Source of the DNA: an uncultured Caldilineaceae bacterium | Lineage (GTDB): Bacteria > Chloroflexota > Anaerolineae > 4572-78 > J111 | Direction: 5' to 3' | Assembly: GCA_964517605.1 (NCBI GenBank) | Contig: CAZFCE010000016.1 | Coordinates: 18,900-82,899, forward strand | DNA: 64,000 bases | Shown here: piece by piece, positions 54,611 to 63,075 of the stretch | How the letters are laid out: the number at the start of each line of letters is the position of its first letter | Numbering within the stretch: position 1 is the stretch's first letter | Made by a program: the position numbers and the translations under genes | The notes under the pieces: model-generated | The model's database searches: none | The model's input: only the letters and a program-made list of their open reading frames with translations | What the model was told of the DNA's origin: nothing

Positions 54611-56140
54611 GTGACGTTGTTGATGGTTGTGTACGTAGTTACGACGGTTTTGCTGGCCGTTTACGCCCTTAACTCGTGGATACTCACCCTGTTGTATTGG
54701 GTTAACCGCCACCGCCGCCCGCCAACTCCCCCGGCTGGCGCGCCTTTACCGCCAGTAACGGTGCAGTTGCCCATTTTTAATGAGGCGTTGGTGATTGAGC
54801 GGTTAATCGAAGCCGTTGTGCAACTGGATTACCCAGCTCATTTGCTGCAAATCCAGGTGCTCGATGACTCAACCGACGAAACCACCGCGCTGGCTCAGGC
54901 CCGGGTAGATTTTCACCGGGCGCGCGGGCTTAACATTGAGCTAATCCATCGCGTTGAGCGGCCCGGCTTTAAAGCCGGCGCGCTGGCCAACGGGCTAAAA
55001 ACCGCCACCGGCGAGTTCATCGCTATTTTTGATGCCGATTTTGTGCCAACTCCCGATTTTCTAAAACAGACGATGCCCCACTTTGCCGGCAATCCCCAGC
55101 TGGGTATTTTGCAAACCCGGTGGGATCACTTAAACCGCCACTATTCCTGGTTAACCGCCGCCCAGGCGTTGGCCCTTGATGGCCATTTTGCCATTGAACA
55201 GGCCGCCCGCAATCGCTCCGGGTTGATGATTAACTTTAACGGCACCGCCGGGGTGTGGCGGCGAGCCTGTATTGAAGCCGCCGGCGGCTGGCAGGGCGAC
55301 ACCATTTCTGAGGATTTTGATTTGAGCTACCGCGCCCAGTTGGTTGGCTGGCAATGCCTGTTTTTGCGGGATGTGGCGGCTCCCGCCGAAATTCCGCCGC
55401 AGTTGGCCGCCCTCAAACGGCAGCAATTTCGCTGGGCCAAAGGCTCAATCCAGTGTTTTAAAAAGCTGGGCTGGCCGGTGTTCAGGGCCAATTTAAAATG
55501 GACGGTAAAATTGCAGGCGTTGGTTCACCTGAGCAGTTATTTTGTGCACCCGTTGATGGTACTGCTGGCGCTGGTAACGCCGCTGTTAATCATCAGCGGC
55601 GGCGCTGATAAAATTCGGTTTCCGCTGATTTACCTCAGTTTGATTAGTTTGGGGCCGCCCCTGTTGTACGCGGTGGCGCAAATCAGCCTGCACCCGGCTG
55701 ACTGGCGGCAAAATTACAAAGCCATGCCGTTGCTTATTTTGCTGGGCAGCGGCATTGCCCTGAGCAACACCAAAGCGGTGGTCGAAGCCCTGTTGGGCGT
55801 GGGCAACGTATTTAGGCGCACGCCCAAATTCAACGTAAATTCCACCACCGACCGCTGGCAAACCAGCTCGTACCGGCTGCGGCTGGATGGCTTGGTGCTG
55901 GGCGAACTGGCGCTGGCGTTGTACTCGTTGGCGGGCGCGGTGGCGGCAATGTTCAGCGGGCATAAAGTGGCGGTGCCGTTTATTTTGCTGTATGTGTTGG
56001 GGTTTGGCTATGTGGCGCTTTTGGGCTTGTGGGATGAATCGCAGCCCCTGGTGCGCCGGTTTTACAAGCAGTATCGGCTGCGCCGCAGTTTGGCCCGCGC
56101 TAAAACCGCCGGTCGCCGCCCGTTAAGCGCCGAACACTGA
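54611..56140 (+). CDS. Processive family-2 glycosyltransferase (cellulose-synthase-like / beta-glycan synthase type) with C-terminal TM bundle
   Basis: VLDDSTDET, IFDADFVP, ISEDFDLSYR (TED-like), and QQFRWAKG (QxxRW). GTG 54611 is preferred (RBS aggag 8 nt upstream); TTG 54500 is possible. Confidence 0.82.
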   Translation: MTLLMVVYVVTTVLLAVYALNSWILTLLYWVNRHRRPPTPPAGAPLPPVTVQLPIFNEALVIERLIEAVVQLDYPAHLLQIQVLDDSTDETTALAQARVDFHRARGLNIELIHRVERPGFKAGALANGLKTATGEFIAIFDADFVPTPDFLKQTMPHFAGNPQLGILQTRWDHLNRHYSWLTAAQALALDGHFAIEQAARNRSGLMINFNGTAGVWRRACIEAAGGWQGDTISEDFDLSYRAQLVGWQCLFLRDVAAPAEIPPQLAALKRQQFRWAKGSIQCFKKLGWPVFRANLKWTVKLQALVHLSSYFVHPLMVLLALVTPLLIISGGADKIRFPLIYLSLISLGPPLLYAVAQISLHPADWRQNYKAMPLLILLGSGIALSNTKAVVEALLGVGNVFRRTPKFNVNSTTDRWQTSSYRLRLDGLVLGELALALYSLAGAVAAMFSGHKVAVPFILLYVLGFGYVALLGLWDESQPLVRRFYKQYRLRRSLARAKTAGRRPLSAEH

Positions 56141-56170
56141 GCCGTTTTTTGCTCAATTGATTGCCTGCAA

Positions 56171-56193
56171 AAACCATCCCTTGCGGATGGTTT
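56171..56193 (+). terminator. Rho-independent terminator after the GT2 synthase
   Basis: aaaccatcc-cttgc-ggatggttt followed by ttgtttg. Confidence 0.75.
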
Positions 56194-56321
56194 TTGTTTG
56201 GGGCGTAATTGCCGCTGTATTTGTGTTATTTATCACTTGTGCAAAAAAAGAACGGGGACTATGATGTGCCTGCCTGATTCTTTTTCAAATACTTTTTCAA
56301 TGACGAATAAAGGACAAATCA

Positions 56322-57434
56322 ATGAAAACTCGGCTTTACTTTTTAGATAACCTGCGTGCATTTGTAATATTTTTGGTAGTGTTGCTGCATGCGGCGCTTT
56401 CTTACATGGCGTATGCCCCGGAATGGTGGTACGTGCTCGACCCGCAACGCAGCCTGTTTTTTACAATGGTGGTGCTGCTGGTAGATGTGCCCATTATGCA
56501 AATGATGTTTTTTGCTTCGGGCTATTTTGCTATGCCGTCGTTGGCAAAACGGGGGGCCGGCCCTTTTTTGCGCGATAAATTTATGCGGATTGGCCTGCCG
56601 TGGATTTTTGGGGCGCTGGTGCTGGCTCCGCCCACCGCCTATTTAATTTACTACACCCGTAACGTGCCTATGTCGCTGGGGCAATTCTGGCTCACCGATT
56701 TTTGGGGGCCGTTGTTCCAGCAATCGGTGTATTGGTATTTGGGGGTTTTGTTTTTGTTTTTTGGGCTGCTGGCGCTGGTTTACTCGGCCAACAGTCGGCT
56801 GCAAAACTGGGTTCCCGCCAACCAACCGCCCACCTGGCGATTGTTTGTGGGGTTTGTGCTGTTAACGGCGGTGGCTTCGCTGCTGCTCAACCTGGTATTT
56901 CCGCTGGATACCTGGTACACCAAACTTTACCTGATTGTGTTCCAGCCAGTCAGGTCGCCGTTGTACGTGAGCTATTTTCTGCTGGGCATTTACGCTTACC
57001 AGCGCGGCTGGTTTACCGCCGAAGGCTACAAACCGAATGTGGTGGTGTGGGTGCTGCTGTTCGTGTTTTCGGGCATAGGGTATTTGGGCTACCGGATGAC
57101 CATCCCCGAACCGCTGCAAACCACGATTGTGCTCAAGGCCATTACCGCGTTATTGTTTAACCTGTTCTGCCTGTCATCTCTAATGGCCGGGTCGGCGGTG
57201 TTCCAGCAGTATGTTAACGGCAGCAACGCCTTCTGGCAGAGCCAGTCCCGCAGTTCTTACGGCATTTACTTTATCCACCCGCTGATTTTGTATCCAATGA
57301 TCTACCTGTTTGTGCCGTTAACCATTTCCATTTACCTTAAAGCCACAATTGTTACCCTGCTGGGCTGGTTATTATCGTGGGGCGTGAGCGCGTTGGTGTT
57401 AACTCGCGCGCCGGGCCTGCGCCGCATCTTTTAA
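56322..57434 (+). CDS. Acyltransferase family 3 (OafA/OpgC-like) membrane protein
   Basis: YFLDNLRAFVIFLVVLLHAALSY N-terminal signature, about 10 TM helices. Confidence 0.82.
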   Translation: MKTRLYFLDNLRAFVIFLVVLLHAALSYMAYAPEWWYVLDPQRSLFFTMVVLLVDVPIMQMMFFASGYFAMPSLAKRGAGPFLRDKFMRIGLPWIFGALVLAPPTAYLIYYTRNVPMSLGQFWLTDFWGPLFQQSVYWYLGVLFLFFGLLALVYSANSRLQNWVPANQPPTWRLFVGFVLLTAVASLLLNLVFPLDTWYTKLYLIVFQPVRSPLYVSYFLLGIYAYQRGWFTAEGYKPNVVVWVLLFVFSGIGYLGYRMTIPEPLQTTIVLKAITALLFNLFCLSSLMAGSAVFQQYVNGSNAFWQSQSRSSYGIYFIHPLILYPMIYLFVPLTISIYLKATIVTLLGWLLSWGVSALVLTRAPGLRRIF

Positions 57435-57457
57435 ACCCACAAAAACCCAATAAAAAA

Positions 57458-57485
57458 GGCGACCCGCTGGATTGTGCGGGTCGCC
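57458..57485. terminator. Bidirectional rho-independent terminator between convergent genes
   Basis: ggcgacccgc-tggattgt-gcgggtcgcc flanked by aaaaaa and ttttt. Confidence 0.85.
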
Positions 57486-57507
57486 TTTTTGTTTTGTGGC
57501 TAATGGT

Positions 57508-58668
57508 TTAGCCGTGGCGGCGCACAAACCGGCCCATGCGTTCCAGCGCCTCTTCTATTTTTTCGTAGGCGGTGGCGTAAGAGCAGCGCACGTACCCCGC
57601 CCCGCCAATACCAAACGAGCGCCCCGGAATTACCGCCACGCGCTCTTCGGTGAGCAGCCGCTCGGCAAATTCGGCATCGTCCATGCCAGAGCCGCGCACG
57701 GAGGGAAAGGCGTAAAACGCGCCTTTGGGTTCAAAACATTTCAGGCCGATGCTGTTCAGCCCGTCCACAATCAGTCGCCGCCGCCGGTCGTACATTTGGC
57801 GCATTTCTTCAACCGCCGCATCGCCCTCTTTGAGCGCAGTCATGGCCGCATCCTGGGCTATAGTAGGGGCCGACATAATGGTGTACTGGTGAACCTTGTT
57901 CATGGCCTCCTGAATTTCGGGCGGAGCGGCGGCAAATCCCAGCCGCCAGCCGGTCATGGCGTAGGCTTTGGAAAAGCCGCCCAGCAAAATGGTGCGTTCC
58001 CACATGCCGGGCAGCGAGGCAAAGCAGACGTGTTCGGTATCGTACACCAGCCGGTCGTAAATTTCATCGGAGATAACCAGAATATCGTGCTTTTTAACCA
58101 CGGCGGCAATTTCTTCCAGGGTTTCGCGTTCTAGCACCGCGCCGGTGGGGTTGTTGGGGTAGCCAATCAACAGCGCCTTGGTGCGCCGGGTAATGGCGGC
58201 CTCAATTTCTTCGGCGGTCACTTGAAAGTTGTTTTCCACGCGGGTGGCAATCGGCACGGGGATGCCGTTGGCCAGGCTGACCTCGGCCATGTAGGATACA
58301 AAGCAGGGTTGCGGCACAATCACTTCGTCGCCGGGGTTGAGAATGGCGGTCATGGCCAGGTACAGGGCTTCGGACACGCCCACCGTTACCAGCAATTCCA
58401 GCGCCGGATCGTATTCAACGCCGTACAGCCGGTTTAAATGCTGCGAAATGGCGGTGCGTAGCTCGGTGGTGCCGCTGTTAGAGGTGTAGTGAGTGTTCCC
58501 GGCCCGCAACGAGCTAATTCCGGCTTCGAGAATGGCATTTGGCGTTACAAAATCCGGCTCGCCAATCCCCAGTGAAATCACATTTTCCATAGAGGCCGCA
58601 ATGTCAAAAAAGCGGCGAATCCCCGAAGGCGGAACTTGTTGAACTCGATTTGAAATGAATGAACGCAT
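57508..58668 (-). CDS. Class I/II PLP-dependent aminotransferase (aspartate/aromatic type)
   Basis: GIRRFFDIA, LGIGEPDF, YPNNPTG, and FSKAYAMTGWRLGF (PLP-lysine). Confidence 0.88.
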   Translation of the reverse strand: MRSFISNRVQQVPPSGIRRFFDIAASMENVISLGIGEPDFVTPNAILEAGISSLRAGNTHYTSNSGTTELRTAISQHLNRLYGVEYDPALELLVTVGVSEALYLAMTAILNPGDEVIVPQPCFVSYMAEVSLANGIPVPIATRVENNFQVTAEEIEAAITRRTKALLIGYPNNPTGAVLERETLEEIAAVVKKHDILVISDEIYDRLVYDTEHVCFASLPGMWERTILLGGFSKAYAMTGWRLGFAAAPPEIQEAMNKVHQYTIMSAPTIAQDAAMTALKEGDAAVEEMRQMYDRRRRLIVDGLNSIGLKCFEPKGAFYAFPSVRGSGMDDAEFAERLLTEERVAVIPGRSFGIGGAGYVRCSYATAYEKIEEALERMGRFVRRHG

Positions 58669-58725
58669 AACCCCTCAATTTTTGGTGATGAACTAAAAAA
58701 CTACAGGATTAATTATTGGTTGGCT

Positions 58726-59832
58726 TTAGTTTATAACTAACGGCTGGTAGTCCAGATCAAAGGCTTCGGCCACCGCCCGGTAAGTGATTTTGCCCTGGTA
58801 GGTGTTTACGCCCAGCGCCAGCGCCTTATCCTGGCTAATCGCCTTTTCAAAACCAAGGTTGGCCAGTTTGAGCACATAAGGCAGGGTGGCGTTGGATAGC
58901 CCGTAGGTGCTGGTGCGCGGCACCGCGCCCGGCATGTTGGCCACGCAGTAGTGCAAAATGCCGTCCACGTAAAACGTGGGATCCGAGTGGGTGGTGGGCC
59001 GCGTGGTTTCTACGCAGCCGCCCTGATCTACTGCCACGTCTACAATAACGCTGCCCGGCTTCATTTGGGCAATCATTTCGCGGGTAACAAGTTTGGGCGC
59101 TTTGGCCCCTTTCACCAGCACCGCGCCAATCACCAGGTCGGCGCGTTTGACCGCCTCGGTGATAGAAAACGGGTTTGAGGCGATGGTGGTAAAGTTGCCG
59201 TGCATTACGTCGCTCAGGTAGCGCAGCCGGTCCAGGTTGATGTCCATCATTGTTACCTGCGCGCCCAGCCCCAGCGCCATTTTGGCGGCTTCGGTGCCAA
59301 CCACCCCGCCGCCAATTACCACCACACTGGCGGGCCGCACGCCCGGAATGCCGCCCATCAATTTACCGCGCCCACCGGCGTGCCGCTCCAGGTAGTGCGC
59401 GCCAATCTGAATGGACATGCGCCCGGCCACCTCGCTCATGGGGGTGAGCAGCGGCAGCGAGCCGTTGGGCAGTTCCACCGTTTCGTAGGCCAGGCCGGTT
59501 ACGCCGCTGCCGGCTACCGCCCGCGTCAGCTCTTCGTCGGCGGCCAGGTGCAAATAGGTAAACAGCACCAAATCGGGCCGCAAATAGGGGTATTCGGTGG
59601 GCAGCGGCTCTTTTACCTTAACCACCATATTGGCCTGCTGCCAAACTTCGGCGGCAGCCATAATTTTGGCCCCGGCTTCAATATAACGGGAATCTGAGAA
59701 GTAGCTGCCCTCGCCGGCCCCGGCTTCAACCAGCACGGTGTGGCCGGCCTCAACCAGTTGATGAACACCGGCCGGCGTCATTGACACCCGGTATTCGTTG
59801 TTTTTTATTTCTTTAGGTACGCCAACAATCAT
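58726..59832 (-). CDS. ald: Alanine dehydrogenase
   Basis: [47 protein letters not shown] (NAD fold), and [12 protein letters not shown] 59832 with RBS aaggaga. Confidence 0.93.
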   Translation of the reverse strand: MIVGVPKEIKNNEYRVSMTPAGVHQLVEAGHTVLVEAGAGEGSYFSDSRYIEAGAKIMAAAEVWQQANMVVKVKEPLPTEYPYLRPDLVLFTYLHLAADEELTRAVAGSGVTGLAYETVELPNGSLPLLTPMSEVAGRMSIQIGAHYLERHAGGRGKLMGGIPGVRPASVVVIGGGVVGTEAAKMALGLGAQVTMMDINLDRLRYLSDVMHGNFTTIASNPFSITEAVKRADLVIGAVLVKGAKAPKLVTREMIAQMKPGSVIVDVAVDQGGCVETTRPTTHSDPTFYVDGILHYCVANMPGAVPRTSTYGLSNATLPYVLKLANLGFEKAISQDKALALGVNTYQGKITYRAVAEAFDLDYQPLVIN

Positions 59833-59957
59833 TTTTACTTTTCTCCTTATTGATAGCTTCATAGCCTGGCAGGTTCACTTAATGTGAAAGCTGCGGTTTT
59901 TGTTTGGGTAACTTTGCCGGTTTCATCGTTGATGGGCAATAGTTTGTAACTATGGGG

Positions 59958-60968
59958 TTATTTGTTTAAATTGGTTAAAATATCTTCCGGGCCGTAAACC
60001 TTTACGCCGTAAACCTGCTGCATCAGTTTGGCCAGTTCCAGAGTGCGCTCGGCAATTGATTTTTGCTGCAAGCTGATAGAATTAATCAGGGCCAGGTTGG
60101 CGGCGGCGGCTCCGCCCAGCATGGCCTGTTTTTCCAGTTCGATGGCCAGATTTCGCAGGTAAATATTGATTTGTTTGATGATGCCCTCAATTTGGGTTTC
60201 GATCATCTGGATTGAAAAATCATCCAGGTTGGGCAAAATTGCGTTGTTGCCCCCGGCCTCGGCCTCGGCTTCCGGGGGAATGGCTACCGGCGCGGCGGCG
60301 GTTCGCGCTGCCTGGCCGCGCTGCACCTTTAAAAAATGTTCGGCGGCGGCAAACAGCCACTTTAGTTCGGTATTGATGCTATCCTGTTCGGCGGTGGTAA
60401 AGCAGCTCATTTGGGTAACAACTTTGGTTATTACCCCAATGCCGGTAGCCACGGCGCTCACTTCCTGCGCGGTGCCGCGCACGGTTCGGGCGGTGTTGCC
60501 GCGCCCGCGCCGGGCCGAACTATCTGCCGGAGTTGGCGCGGTGGCCGGCGGCGGGGTTTCTGCCGGTTGGCCCAGAACCTTTTTAATAACCGCCGCCAAC
60601 TTATCAAAATTCTCCGGCGAGGCGGTTTCTTTAAAATCAAGCCACTGAACGCCGGCCAGCGCGTATTCAAACATCACCGGGATTTCGGTGGGCCGCCACA
60701 GCAGCGGCACAATCGGTTTGGCATGGGTTTCGGCCAGGTCAACCTCTTTGCGGATGTTCGCCGATTGCACCGCGTCGGGTGAGAGCACCAGCACAAACAC
60801 CCGGCAATCCCTGATGCCCTCGGCAATGGAACTACGCCACTGGTCGCCCACTTCAATGCTTTCCTGATCAAACCAGGCTACAATGCCCCGGTTGGCCAGT
60901 TCGCGGTGCAGCCGGGTAACAAACTCAATATCTTTGCGGCGGTAGCTGATGAACACCTCAAATGGCAT
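59958..60968 (-). CDS. TIR-domain protein with Pro/Ala/Arg-rich linker and an unassigned helical C-terminal domain
   Basis: MPFEVFISYRRKDIEFVTRLHRELANRGIVAWFDQESIEVGDQW...VFVLVLSPDAVQSANIRKEVDLA follows the bacterial TIR_2 pattern, including the conserved Glu. The C-terminal ~190 aa is predicted helical by eye. ATG 60968 with RBS gggaga. Confidence 0.8.
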   Translation of the reverse strand: MPFEVFISYRRKDIEFVTRLHRELANRGIVAWFDQESIEVGDQWRSSIAEGIRDCRVFVLVLSPDAVQSANIRKEVDLAETHAKPIVPLLWRPTEIPVMFEYALAGVQWLDFKETASPENFDKLAAVIKKVLGQPAETPPPATAPTPADSSARRGRGNTARTVRGTAQEVSAVATGIGVITKVVTQMSCFTTAEQDSINTELKWLFAAAEHFLKVQRGQAARTAAAPVAIPPEAEAEAGGNNAILPNLDDFSIQMIETQIEGIIKQINIYLRNLAIELEKQAMLGGAAAANLALINSISLQQKSIAERTLELAKLMQQVYGVKVYGPEDILTNLNK

Positions 60969-61002
60969 GGTCTTCTCCCTGCAATGGAAAAATAGTGGCT
61001 CT

Positions 61003-61031
61003 ATTGTAACACAGGAATACCCTACCAACAA
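61003..61031 (-). promoter_or_regulatory. Candidate promoter of the TIR gene (TTGTTG-17 nt-TACAAT with TG extension)
   Basis: Minus strand reads ttgttggtagggtattcctgtgttacaat, about 35 nt upstream of ATG 60968. It overlaps the longer ORF start listed in the track, arguing against that start. Confidence 0.45.
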
Positions 61032-61089
61032 TTAATTTTTGCCTTGGCATTGAGCTATCTGCCCCTGCTTTTCGCCTGTTCTCAAGTTA

Positions 61090-61098
61090 TGGTATAAT
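61090..61098 (+). promoter_or_regulatory. Candidate extended -10 element (TGgTATAAT) for the ABC-F gene
   Basis: tggtataat lies 40 nt upstream of ATG 61138. The -35 is weak (ttcgcc). Confidence 0.45.
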
Positions 61099-61137
61099 TT
61101 TTCAAATTCTAACAGAAACACCACAAATAAGTAGATT

Positions 61138-63042
61138 ATGGCAATTCTTTCAGTTCAAAATTTGGGCAAATACTTTGGAGGACAGGATATTTTTTCTGAC
61201 CTCAACCTGGTGATTGAGCACGGCGACAGGATTGCCCTGATTGGCCCCAACGGCGAAGGCAAAACCACGTTGTTGCGGGCCATTGCCGGCGTTGAACCGG
61301 CCACGCAGGGCCGCGTATTTGCCGCCAAAGAAACAAAAATTGGCTATCTGGAACAGCACGCCTCGTTGTTATCAACCGTTGGCACCTTGTGGGAGCTGGC
61401 AATGGGCGCGTTTGCCGCCTTGATTCAGGCCGAAACCGACCTGCGCGTTATGGAACATGCCATCGCCGCCGAAACCGACGACGCCCGTCACGCCCAACTG
61501 CTTGAAAAATACGGCGAGGCCCAAATTCAATTTGAACACGCCGGCGGTTACGCCTACGAACAAACCGCCCGGCAGGTGCTCAGCGGATTGGGCTTTACCC
61601 CGGCTGATTATCACCGCCCGCTGGCTCAATTTAGCGGCGGCGAACAAAGCCGCGCCCAACTGGCCCGCATTTTGCTGGAACGGCCCAGCCTGCTGCTGCT
61701 CGACGAACCCACCAACCACCTTGATTTAGCCTCGGTGGAGTGGCTGGAAAATTACCTGCAAAGCTGGCCCGGCGGGTTGCTGGTGGTAGCCCACGACCGC
61801 TACTTTTTAGACAAAGTGGCCACCCGCGTGTGGGAAATGTCGCTGGGCCGGGTAGAAACCTATCGCGGCAACTTTTCGCAATACGTGGTTCAACGCGCCG
61901 AGCGGCTGGATCGGCTCAAAAAGGATTACCAGGCCCAACAGGAATTTATTGCCAAAGAAGAGGATTTTATCCGGCGCAATATTGCCGGGCAGCGCACCAA
62001 GGAAGCGCAGGGTCGCCGTAAGCGGCTGGAGCGGCTGGAAAAAGTGGATCGCCCGCTGGAACAGAAAACCCTCAACCTCAACCTGCAAACCACGCTCCGC
62101 TCCGGTGATTTGGTGCTGGCCACACACGGCCTGGTGGTGGGCTACCCCAACGCCGCCGCCCTGTTTGCCTGCCCGGATTTAGAAATTCGGCGGGGGCAAA
62201 CCGTGGCTTTGTTGGGGCCAAACGGCGCGGGCAAAACCACCTTTATCAAAACCATACTGGGCAGCCTTTTGCCCCAGTCCGGCGAAATCCGGTTTGGAGC
62301 CGGGGTAAAAGTGGGCTACTTTGCCCAAACTCATTCCAGTCTCAACCTCGAAGCCTCCATTCTGGACGAAATTCTGTCGGTGCGCAACCTGCCCGTGGGC
62401 GAGGCCCGCAACTATTTGGGCCAATTTCTCTTTTCCGGCGATGACGTGTTCAAGCCCATCGGCGCGCTGTCCGGCGGCGAGCGCAGCCGGGTGGCGTTGG
62501 CCAAGCTCACGCTAACGGGATCGAACTTTCTTATTTTGGACGAACCCACCAACCACCTTGATATCGCCTCGCAGGAAAATCTGGAAGACGTGCTGAACGA
62601 TTTTGCCGGCACCATTCTGCTGGTATCGCACGACCGGTATTTTGTAGATGCGCTGGCTACCGAGGTGTGGGCGCTGGAACCCGACACCAAATCAGTCGCC
62701 GTAACCGAAGGCGGCTACAGCGATTATCTGGCGGTGCAGCAGGCGCAACTGGCGGCGGCAGCCAACGGCAAACCGGGCGGCGAAGCGCCCAAAGGCAAGC
62801 TCATCCGTGAGCAAAACAAAGCCGAAAAACGGGCCATCGAAAAGAAAGCCCGGCAAATTGCCGAAATTGAAACCATCATTGCCGCCACTGAACAAAAACT
62901 GGCTCAACTTTCGCAGCAACTCGAAGCCGCCAGCATGGCGCAGGATATTTTTAAGCTGCAAGAGTTGGGTGAAGCCTATCAATCTACCGAAGTAAAACTG
63001 GAGGAGTTGATTACCCAATGGACCGAAATGGAAGCGGCTTGA
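61138..63042 (+). CDS. ABC-F family ATPase (two NBDs, no TM; Uup/EttA-like)
   Basis: Two Walker A motifs (GPNGEGKTT; GPNGAGKTT), two signatures (FSGGEQSRAQLARIL; LSGGERSRVALAKL), an inter-domain linker and a C-terminal coiled coil. Confidence 0.9.
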   Translation: MAILSVQNLGKYFGGQDIFSDLNLVIEHGDRIALIGPNGEGKTTLLRAIAGVEPATQGRVFAAKETKIGYLEQHASLLSTVGTLWELAMGAFAALIQAETDLRVMEHAIAAETDDARHAQLLEKYGEAQIQFEHAGGYAYEQTARQVLSGLGFTPADYHRPLAQFSGGEQSRAQLARILLERPSLLLLDEPTNHLDLASVEWLENYLQSWPGGLLVVAHDRYFLDKVATRVWEMSLGRVETYRGNFSQYVVQRAERLDRLKKDYQAQQEFIAKEEDFIRRNIAGQRTKEAQGRRKRLERLEKVDRPLEQKTLNLNLQTTLRSGDLVLATHGLVVGYPNAAALFACPDLEIRRGQTVALLGPNGAGKTTFIKTILGSLLPQSGEIRFGAGVKVGYFAQTHSSLNLEASILDEILSVRNLPVGEARNYLGQFLFSGDDVFKPIGALSGGERSRVALAKLTLTGSNFLILDEPTNHLDIASQENLEDVLNDFAGTILLVSHDRYFVDALATEVWALEPDTKSVAVTEGGYSDYLAVQQAQLAAAANGKPGGEAPKGKLIREQNKAEKRAIEKKARQIAEIETIIAATEQKLAQLSQQLEAASMAQDIFKLQELGEAYQSTEVKLEELITQWTEMEAA

Positions 63043-63075
63043 GGGTAAAATTTGCTCGTCAAGGAGGCGGCAAAT

